DNA of 64,000 bases from Vicinamibacterales bacterium (GTDB lineage Bacteria; Acidobacteriota; Vicinamibacteria; Vicinamibacterales; UBA8438). The stretch is taken from NCBI GenBank assembly GCA_965222265.1, contig CBDCTP010000003.1:3710841-3774840 (forward strand). Reading direction: 5' to 3'. The notes below the pieces were generated by a model. It saw only the letters and a list, made by a program, of their open reading frames with translations, was not told the origin of the DNA and ran no database searches. Shown one piece after another: positions 55,948 through 64,000 of the stretch. The position numbers and the translations under genes were made by a program. Position 1 is the first letter of the stretch. Each line of letters starts with the position of its first letter.

Positions 55948-56460
55948 ATGCAGGGCGATCATTCTCCGCGTCTGGCCGTGTACCCCGGGTCGTTCGACCC
56001 GCTGACCAACGGTCACGTCGACATCATTCAGCGGGGCGCGCGGCTGTTCGACCGGATCGTGATAGCGCTGCTGGTCAATCCCGACAAGTCGGCCCTGTTC
56101 TCGACCGCGGAACGCGCCGAGATGGCCCGCGAGGTATTCGTGGGCCAGCCCAGCGTCGAGATCGACACGTTCGACGGGCTGCTCGTCGACTATGCTCGCA
56201 GCCGCCGCGCGAACGTCATCGTGCGCGGCCTGCGGGCGATCTCGGACTTCGAGTACGAGATGCAGATGGCGCTCATGAATCGGCGCCTGAGCGCCGAGCT
56301 CGAGACCGTCTTCATGATGCCCGCCGAACCGTACACCTATGTCAGCTCCCGGCTGGTCAAGGAGGTGTTCGCCCTCGGCGGCTCCGTGGCCGGACTGGTG
56401 CCCGAGGTGGTCGAGACCCGGCTCGCGGCCAAGCACGGCCTCGGCGCGGTGAGCGTCTGA
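55948..56460 (+). CDS. coaD: Phosphopantetheine adenylyltransferase
   Basis: 170 aa. Contains AVYPGSFDPLTNGHVDII, RGLRAISDFEYE and SSRLVKEV. Confidence 0.95.
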   Translation: MQGDHSPRLAVYPGSFDPLTNGHVDIIQRGARLFDRIVIALLVNPDKSALFSTAERAEMAREVFVGQPSVEIDTFDGLLVDYARSRRANVIVRGLRAISDFEYEMQMALMNRRLSAELETVFMMPAEPYTYVSSRLVKEVFALGGSVAGLVPEVVETRLAAKHGLGAVSV

Positions 56461-56474
56461 CCCGGCCGACCGGC

Positions 56475-57686
56475 ATGCTCTCTCCACGGACGGCCCGCGT
56501 CTCCGCCTCGGCAACCCAACAGGTGACCCTCGAGGTGACCCGGCTGCGACGGCGGGGCATCGATGTCATCGACCTCGGCGCCGGCGAGCCCGACTTCCCG
56601 ACGCCCGCCCACATCAAGGCGGCCGGCATCTCGGCCATATCCGGGGACTTCACCCGCTACACGCCGAACGCGGGCGTGCGGGAGCTCCGCGAGGCGATCT
56701 GTGCCCGGTACCGCGCGGACTACGACGTCTCGTTCGAACCCGACGACGTCATCGTGACGGCGGGCGGCAAACAGGCCCTCTTCAATGCGGCGATGGCGCT
56801 CTGCGGCGCGGGTGATCAGGTGATCACCCACGCGCCGGGCTGGCCCAGCCTCCCGGCTCAGGTGCAGTTGGCGGACGCCGAGGTCGTGACGGTGCGCACC
56901 CATCCGGAAGACGGCTTCCGGCTGCATGCCGCGTCGGTACTCGAGGCCTTCACGCCCCGGACGCGGGCCGTCGTCGTCAACTCGCCGGGAAACCCGACCG
57001 GGGCGCTCGTGCGCGAGCAGGATCTGGCCGAGATTGCCGACGCGGCGGGCCGCAGCGGGGCGTGGATCGTGCTCGATCTGTGCTACGAGCGGCTCATCTA
57101 CGATGATGTTGCCCACAACCTGCCGCGGGTGCTGCGCGAACACCTGCCCGAGCGCTCGGTTCTCGTGGGCAGTCTGTCGAAGAGCTACGCCATGACCGGC
57201 TGGCGCTGCGGGTGGGCAATCGGGCCGTCCGAGCTGATTGCCGCGTGCAACGTCGTGCAGAGCCACGCCACGTCGAACGTGTCGTCGATTACCCAGCAGG
57301 CGGCGATCGAGGCGCTGGCCGGGCCGCAGGACTGCGTGGCCGCCATGCGCGCCGCCTATCGTGAGCGGCGCGACCAGGTGCTGGCATGGCTCGCCGCGGA
57401 GAGCCGCATCCGCTGCGTGCGCCCCGGCGGCGCGTTCTATCTCTTTCCGGACATTTCGGAGCTGTTGTCGCCCGACGGCCTCCGGACGTCCGCCGACTTC
57501 GCGCAGGCGCTGCTGCGCGAGGCGCACGTCGCCGTGACGCCGGGTGAGGCGTTCGACGCGCCCGGCTTCCTGCGCCTGTCGTACGCCGCGTCGCTCGCGC
57601 GCCTGGAAGCGGGGATCGAGAGGATGCGTGCCTTCGCAGGCGCCCTGCACCGGGGTGCGAACCCCGCGCCCACGACGCGCGCCTGA
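56475..57686 (+). CDS. Class I/II pyridoxal-phosphate-dependent aminotransferase (aspartate aminotransferase-like)
   Basis: Start ATG 56475 within track ORF 55737..57686. Contains LGAGEPDFPTP, YTPNAGVRELREAI, NSPGNPTG and SLSKSYAMTGWRCG (PLP lysine). Confidence 0.88.
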   Translation: MLSPRTARVSASATQQVTLEVTRLRRRGIDVIDLGAGEPDFPTPAHIKAAGISAISGDFTRYTPNAGVRELREAICARYRADYDVSFEPDDVIVTAGGKQALFNAAMALCGAGDQVITHAPGWPSLPAQVQLADAEVVTVRTHPEDGFRLHAASVLEAFTPRTRAVVVNSPGNPTGALVREQDLAEIADAAGRSGAWIVLDLCYERLIYDDVAHNLPRVLREHLPERSVLVGSLSKSYAMTGWRCGWAIGPSELIAACNVVQSHATSNVSSITQQAAIEALAGPQDCVAAMRAAYRERRDQVLAWLAAESRIRCVRPGGAFYLFPDISELLSPDGLRTSADFAQALLREAHVAVTPGEAFDAPGFLRLSYAASLARLEAGIERMRAFAGALHRGANPAPTTRA

Positions 57687-57694
57687 CCGCGTTC

Positions 57695-59077
57695 ATGCTG
57701 TCCCCCGGCCTCATCGAGGCGCTCGTGCAGATCGTCGGACCGGGCCACGTCCGTCAGGACGACGAGAGCTGTCGCGAGTACGGCGCAGACGCACTGGGCA
57801 GAGGCCGTCCGGCCGACGCGGTGGTCTTTCCAGGCTCGACCGCCGACGTGGCGGCGGTCGCACGGCTCTGCGACCGCGAACGGATACCGCTGACGCCGCG
57901 CGGCGCCGGAACCGGGTACACCGGTGGCGCGGTACCGTCCGCAGGCGGCGTAGTGCTGGCCATGGAGCGGCTGCACCGGATCCTCGAGATCGACGCGGGG
58001 AGCCTGCTGGCGGTCGTCGAGCCGAACGTCGTCACCGCGCGCCTGCAGCAGGCAGTCGAGGAGCTCGGCCTGTTCTATCCGCCGGACCCCGCCAGCCTGC
58101 AGCGGTCGGTGATCGGCGGGAACGTGGCCGAATGCGCCGGCGGCCCCCGGGCGTTCAAATACGGGACGACGAAGCGCTACGTGCTGGGGCTGGAGGCCGT
58201 GCTGCCGACCGGCGAGATCATCGAGACCGGCGGCCGCTCCGTCAAGAACGTGGTCGGCTACGATCTGACGCAGTTGCTGGTGGGATCCGAGGGAACACTG
58301 GCGATCATCACGAAGATCATCCTGCGGCTCATCCCGAAGCCGCCGGCGCGCGCGACGATCCGCGCCGGGTTCCGGAGCGTGGAAGACGCGGTGGGCGCGG
58401 TGGGCCGCCTGCTGGCCGAGCGGGTCGTTCCGGCCGCGCTCGAGTTGATCGACAGCGACTGTCTCGATGCGCTGGCCGCGGCGGCGGGCCGCCGCATGGC
58501 GGATCCGGGAACCGGCGCGATGCTGCTGATGGAGGTCGACGGGATGCCGGAAGCCGTCGCCGCCGAGGCCGAGCGCGTGAGGCTCGCCTGCGAGTCGCAG
58601 GGGGCCACCCGCGTTCGACAGGCCGGCAACGCGGCCGAGCGAGCCGAGCTCTGGCGGCTGCGCCGCGAGCTGTCGTTCGCCTTGCGGGCGCAGGCGCCGC
58701 TCAAGATCAACCACGACGTCGTGGTGCCCAAGGCAAGGATTCCGGAGCTGTTCGCGGCCGTCGATGCCCTGCGGCGGTCTCTTCGGCTCCGCATGTCGAG
58801 CTTCGGGCACGTCGGCGACGGCAACATCCACGTCAACATCCTGCTGGATCCGCAGGACCAGGCCGCGCTGGCGCGGGCGCGCGAGGCCGAACGCCGCCTG
58901 TTCGAGCAGGTCGTGCGCCTCGAGGGCTCCATCAGCGGCGAGCACGGCATCGGGCTCTCCAAGGCGGCCTACCTGCGGCTGGAGCTCTCCGACGACGTGA
59001 TTGCCCTGATGCGGCGGCTGAAGGCGGCCTTCGATCCGCATGGCATTCTCAATCCCGGCAAGATCTTTCCGCCCTAG
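57695..59077 (+). CDS. FAD-linked oxidase (GlcD / D-lactate dehydrogenase-like)
   Basis: 460 aa. FAD_binding_4 pattern (VVFPGSTADVAAVARLC...PRGAGTGYTGGAVP) and the C-terminal SGEHGIG motif. The stop TAG 59075-59077 lies in the CTAG end of repeat H. Confidence 0.88.
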   Translation: MLSPGLIEALVQIVGPGHVRQDDESCREYGADALGRGRPADAVVFPGSTADVAAVARLCDRERIPLTPRGAGTGYTGGAVPSAGGVVLAMERLHRILEIDAGSLLAVVEPNVVTARLQQAVEELGLFYPPDPASLQRSVIGGNVAECAGGPRAFKYGTTKRYVLGLEAVLPTGEIIETGGRSVKNVVGYDLTQLLVGSEGTLAIITKIILRLIPKPPARATIRAGFRSVEDAVGAVGRLLAERVVPAALELIDSDCLDALAAAAGRRMADPGTGAMLLMEVDGMPEAVAAEAERVRLACESQGATRVRQAGNAAERAELWRLRRELSFALRAQAPLKINHDVVVPKARIPELFAAVDALRRSLRLRMSSFGHVGDGNIHVNILLDPQDQAALARAREAERRLFEQVVRLEGSISGEHGIGLSKAAYLRLELSDDVIALMRRLKAAFDPHGILNPGKIFPP

Positions 59078-59211
59078 CTTCAATCAGACGGGGCTGCGCC
59101 CCGAACCCCCGGCGTCCGCTTGCGGGGACCCCTGCGCCCCGCGCCGCTCCCGCCGAGGCGCGCTGTGCGCGCCTTGCGGAGTCTGCACCGTTCTACGGCG
59201 CAGACTCCTAG
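59074..59211 (-). repeat. GC-rich multi-hairpin repeat, copy H (inverted orientation, best-formed hairpins, CTAG at both ends)
   Basis: The reverse complement reads CTAGGAGTCTGCGCCGTAGAACGGTGCAGACTCCGCAAGGCGCGCACAGCGCGCCTCGGCGGGAGCGGCGCGGGGCGCAGGGGTCCCCGCAAGCGGACGCCGGGGGTTCGGGGCGCAGCCCCGTCTGATTGAAGCTAG. Confidence 0.9.
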
Positions 59212-59232
59212 CCCTAGCCTCCCAGGCCTGGC

Positions 59233-60330
59233 TCAGGGCCCGGGCTGGAACGGCCTGGCGGCGGCTTGCCCGCCGAAGACGGGATCCCAGCGCCCCGGTA
59301 TCGCCGTGCCGCACGCGGGACAGGCTCCGCCGGGCGTGAGCCTGTACGCGTGGATGCGGTATCCGTGCCGCTCGATGACCCGCGTCCCGCAGGCGGGGCA
59401 ATGGGAGTGCTCGAGATGGCCTACCCGCCCGGGCCGGTTGCCCGCGTACACGAACCGCAGGCCGTTCGCGCGCCCGATCGCGGCCGCTCGCAGCAGCATG
59501 TCGGCCGAGGTGTCGTGGCGATCGGTCATCTTGTAGTCCGCGTGGAACGCCGTCACGTGCCAGGGCAGATCCGGTGACACGCCGGCCAGGAACCGGGTGA
59601 GCCGCTCGATCTCGCCGTCGGTGTCGTTGAAGCCGGGAATCAGCAGCGTCACGACCTCGACCCAGGTGCCCAGCGCGTGGAGCCTCCCGATCGTGTCCAG
59701 GATGGGCTGCAGGCGCCCGCCGAGCTGGCGGTAGCGCGAGTCGTCGAAGCTCTTCAGGTCCACCTTGTAGAGATCGATCCAGGGCCGCAGGTAGTCGAGC
59801 GCGCGCGGGGTCGCGTTGCCGTTGGAGACGAACGCCGTGGCGAGCCCCGCCTGGCGCGCCTCCCGGAACACGGCGACGGCCCATTCCGCGGTGATCAGCG
59901 GCTCGTTGTACGTGCTGACGACTACCCGCGCGCCCAGCCGCGCGGCGTCGTCGACGAGCCGGGCCGGCGACACCGGGCGCGGATCGACCACGGCGCCCGG
60001 GTCGCGCAGCGCCTGGGACGTCACCCAGTTCTGGCAGTACGCGCAGTGCAGATCGCAGCCCAGCATCCCGAAGCTGTACGCCAGTCCGCCGGGGTAGGCG
60101 TGAAAGAACGGCTTCTTCTCGATCGGGTCGCACTGCACGCCGCCGACGTAGCCCCAGGGCACCCGCAGGCGTCCGCCGCGGTTGAAGCGCACCTTGCAGA
60201 CGCCGAGCGCGCCCTCCGGGAGCGGGCACTCGTGACCGCAGGCATAGCAGCGGATCCGGTGCCCGTCCAGCGGTTCCCACAGATCGCCCTCGCGCGTGCG
60301 CGCCGCCAGCGCCTGGGCGAGCGTTGCCAT
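59233..60330 (-). CDS. AmmeMemoRadiSam-system-type radical SAM enzyme
   Basis: Real start ATG 60330 (MATLAQALAARTREGDLWEPLDGHRIRCYACGHECPL). Radical SAM CDLHCAYCQNW and a C-terminal zinc ribbon (HCPACG...ACPACG). The track ORF to 61971 is a shadow extension. Confidence 0.85.
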   Translation of the reverse strand: MATLAQALAARTREGDLWEPLDGHRIRCYACGHECPLPEGALGVCKVRFNRGGRLRVPWGYVGGVQCDPIEKKPFFHAYPGGLAYSFGMLGCDLHCAYCQNWVTSQALRDPGAVVDPRPVSPARLVDDAARLGARVVVSTYNEPLITAEWAVAVFREARQAGLATAFVSNGNATPRALDYLRPWIDLYKVDLKSFDDSRYRQLGGRLQPILDTIGRLHALGTWVEVVTLLIPGFNDTDGEIERLTRFLAGVSPDLPWHVTAFHADYKMTDRHDTSADMLLRAAAIGRANGLRFVYAGNRPGRVGHLEHSHCPACGTRVIERHGYRIHAYRLTPGGACPACGTAIPGRWDPVFGGQAAARPFQPGP

Positions 60331-60341
60331 CCGTGACCCTG

Positions 60342-62003
60342 CTATCGATTCGCCACCAGCTCGACCCGCTGCAGGCGATCGGGCCGCGGGTCGAGGAGGG
60401 TGCGCAGATTCAGCCCGCCGGTGTCCAGGTACCTGACCTGCCCCAACCGTTCGAGCGGTACGCCCTGCGCTGCGAGGCGGTCCGCGTCCTCCACCCGCAG
60501 CACGCACAGGACCCGCGCCGGGGCCCGCAGGAAATCGGAGGCCGCCTGCAGGGCGGGCAGCTCGACGAAGGCGGTGCGAGTATAGAACACGAGGTTCCTG
60601 GCGAAGACCGCGTACCGGCCGTACCGCTCGTCCTCCTGGCGGTTGGCCGCGATCAGTGACGCCATCCGCTCGACTGGCGCCGGGCCCGGCGAGGCGAGCA
60701 CCACGCAATGCGCAACCAGGGTCGCGACGATCGCGGCGGCAGTCAGCGCCGCGGGTGTCCAGCGGTGTCGGACAACCGTGAGACAGACACCGATTCCGGC
60801 GGCCCAGAACGCGCCGGCGGCGGCCGTGGTCCACAGCACGTCCCAGTCCACGAGCAGCGGCCGGGCACGATAGGCCAGGATGCCCAGCAGCACCAGCACC
60901 GCGCCGGCCAGGGTGGTGCAGATGGTGAGCAGATGGTCCCGCGACGACCGGCGGCCGAGCTGTTCGCGGAGCGTGGCGGCGAGCAGGACGGCCAGCGGGC
61001 TGACCATCGGCAGGATGTAGCGCGGCTGCTTGCCGACGGCCAGCGTGTAGAACAGGAGGGGAGCCAGGGCCCACCAGAGCAGGCGCGCGGTCGCGGGGTC
61101 GACGCGGCGCGTCCTGACGAACCGGCCCAGCGCCGGCAGCCACAGCAGCATGTACGGCGACCAGGGCAGCATGCCGCCGATCGCGATCGGCAGGTAGTAC
61201 CACCACGGCCGGGGCTCGTTGAAGCGGGCCGTCGCGAACCGGTCGAGGTTCTCGGTAACGAAGAACCGGTCGAGGTAGTCGATGCCGTGCACGAGGGTCA
61301 TCCCGAGGAACCAGGGCGCGGTCACTATCAGGAACGCGAGCGCCGCCGGCACGAGATGGGCAGGCCGGAGGTGCCAGCGCGAGCGGCCCGCGAGATACTC
61401 GTAGCCGGCGAGGGGCAGGACGACCAGGACCGGAAGCGCGAGACCCACCGGGCCCTTGACGAGCACGCCTCCCGCGGCGGCGACCGCCGCGACGACGAGC
61501 CAGCGCCGTCGGCGATCCGCGCCGAGCGCGCCGCGCCGCCGCGGGGGGTTCAGCCCGGCCAGCAGTGCGCTCCACGTTGCGAGCGTGACGAGGAACGCCA
61601 GCGTCAGATCCGGAAGGGCCTGCCGCGCCATCGCGACGTGGCCGAAGCTCGTGGCGGCAATCAGGCCGGCGAGCAGCCCGGTGGTGTCGTCGAACCACCG
61701 GCGGGCAGCCAGGAAGGCGAGCAGCGTGAGGCCCAGCCCGGCCAGCGCCGAGGGCAGGCGGGCAGCGGCCTCGCCGACGCCGACCAGGCGGTAGGCGCCG
61801 GCGGCGAGCCAGTAGTAGAGCACCGGCTTCTCGAAGCGGTAGGCGTAGTTGAAGTGCGGCGTCAGCCAGTCGCCGCTCTCGACCATCTCGCGGGCGCTCT
61901 CGGCATAGTATCCCTCGTCGGAATCGGTGATGGCAGGCTGCCCCAAGCCGGCAAACAAGGTGAGCGCGCAAACGCCGATGAGCAGGAGCACGTGACGCGG
62001 CAC
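60342..62003 (-). CDS. ArnT/PMT-like (GT39-type) membrane glycosyltransferase
   Basis: 553 aa and polytopic. The N-terminal DSDEGYYAESAREMVESGDWLTPHFNYAYRFEKPVLYYW is the typical DE/loop-1 motif of this family. Confidence 0.85.
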   Translation of the reverse strand: MPRHVLLLIGVCALTLFAGLGQPAITDSDEGYYAESAREMVESGDWLTPHFNYAYRFEKPVLYYWLAAGAYRLVGVGEAAARLPSALAGLGLTLLAFLAARRWFDDTTGLLAGLIAATSFGHVAMARQALPDLTLAFLVTLATWSALLAGLNPPRRRGALGADRRRRWLVVAAVAAAGGVLVKGPVGLALPVLVVLPLAGYEYLAGRSRWHLRPAHLVPAALAFLIVTAPWFLGMTLVHGIDYLDRFFVTENLDRFATARFNEPRPWWYYLPIAIGGMLPWSPYMLLWLPALGRFVRTRRVDPATARLLWWALAPLLFYTLAVGKQPRYILPMVSPLAVLLAATLREQLGRRSSRDHLLTICTTLAGAVLVLLGILAYRARPLLVDWDVLWTTAAAGAFWAAGIGVCLTVVRHRWTPAALTAAAIVATLVAHCVVLASPGPAPVERMASLIAANRQEDERYGRYAVFARNLVFYTRTAFVELPALQAASDFLRAPARVLCVLRVEDADRLAAQGVPLERLGQVRYLDTGGLNLRTLLDPRPDRLQRVELVANR

Positions 62004-62042
62004 GGCAACGTCATTCTACGCGACGGGGTATATACTCGAAAC

Positions 62043-62411
62043 ATGAAGACGGTGGCGGTGGTCGGCGCGTCGCGGGACCGCCGGAAGTTCGGCAACAAGG
62101 CGGTGCGGGGATTCCTGCACGCCGGCTACACCGTGATTCCGATCAACCCGCACGACGACGAAATCGAGGGGCTGCCGTCCTATCCCTCCGTGCTCGACGT
62201 CCCGGTCGACATCGACATGGCAACCCTCTATGTGCCCCCGGAGATTGGCGAGCGGATCGTCGACGAGGTGGCCCGCAAGAAGATTCCGGTACTGTGGCTC
62301 AACCCGGGCAGCGACGGACCCGGGGTCCTGCAACGCGCCCGGGAGGTCGGCCTGGAACCGACCGTGGGATGCAGCCTGATTGCGCACGGGGAGTCGCCGG
62401 CCCAGTACTGA
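62043..62411 (+). CDS. CoA-binding domain protein (YccU-like)
   Basis: ATG 62043: MKTVAVVGASRDRRKFGNKAVRGFLHAGYTVIPINP..., 122 aa. Confidence 0.85.
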   Translation: MKTVAVVGASRDRRKFGNKAVRGFLHAGYTVIPINPHDDEIEGLPSYPSVLDVPVDIDMATLYVPPEIGERIVDEVARKKIPVLWLNPGSDGPGVLQRAREVGLEPTVGCSLIAHGESPAQY

Positions 62412-62421
62412 TCGCGGCGTG

Positions 62422-62450
62422 TTGACATGGCCGGACGCCGATCCTATACT
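62422..62450 (+). promoter_or_regulatory. Near-consensus sigma70 promoter upstream of rho
   Basis: TTGACA (62422-62427), 17-nt spacer, TATACT (62445-62450). It would give a leader of about 135 nt before ATG 62591. Confidence 0.55.
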
Positions 62451-62590
62451 CGTTTTTTTCTGTAGGATCCCAACCGGCTGTCGCGTCCCGACTCATTGCA
62501 CATCACGCTTCCGGCGCACCTGCACGTCGGTGTCTGGCTGAACGGCAGGCTGGCGCAGAGTCTCTAACCACTCTCCCCAATCCGACCCTT

Positions 62591-63982
<1,392 letters not shown>

Positions 63983-64000
63983 GAGAATCGAACGTGCCAA

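Noticed and set aside
60331-61971. N-terminal 547-aa extension of track ORF 59233..61971
   Set aside because: The extension is out of frame with, and overlaps, the real GT39 gene (60342..62003). Radical SAM homology starts only at ATG 60330.
63983-64000. Possible start of another gene after rho
   Set aside because: Only 18 nt remain, which is too short to support any call.

Overview
High-GC (roughly 70% by eye) bacterial chromosomal window with about 58 supportable protein-coding genes. I found no rRNA, tRNA or CRISPR array. The taxon cannot be fixed from sequence alone; the gene content would fit Acidobacteriota or Gemmatimonadota-like genomes. Many long ORFs in the supplied track are Arg/Pro/Gly-rich shadow frames of real genes on the other strand or frame, and I ignored them.

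Layout:
- 1-9.1 kb: amtB (partial), an alpha-E/circularly permuted ATP-grasp pair, a PQQ dehydrogenase with a secreted neighbour, and a soluble one-polypeptide histidine kinase/response regulator.
- 9.1-13.5 kb: a decayed mobile island with AT-rich patches, a frameshifted Fis-type HTH remnant, an IS1380-family element and a Cre-like integrase pseudogene.
- 13.5-27.3 kb: periplasmic redox and proteolysis genes. These are a second PQQ dehydrogenase, two tandem paralogous 4-TM proteins, a PQQ-like beta-propeller, a 1-Cys peroxiredoxin, and two duplicated PQQ sugar dehydrogenases flanking an S55 peptidase/propeller gene pair.
- 27.4-38.3 kb: an aromatic amino-acid supraoperon (aroDE-trpEGDCFBA-chorismate mutase-DAHP synthase-tyrA). 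It is preceded by a leader peptide with three consecutive Trp codons and a terminator/antiterminator.
- 38.3-64 kb: housekeeping genes (pepA, amidase, ftsK, rnj, rsmA, nth, lexA, recG, rsmD, coaD, rho and others), with a frameshifted higB/higA module.

The two most notable signals:
1. The Trp attenuator.
2. A roughly 130-bp, multi-hairpin, CTAG-bounded GC-rich repeat family. It has 8 copies in the window, sits exactly between genes, and supplies the stop codons of at least six of them.
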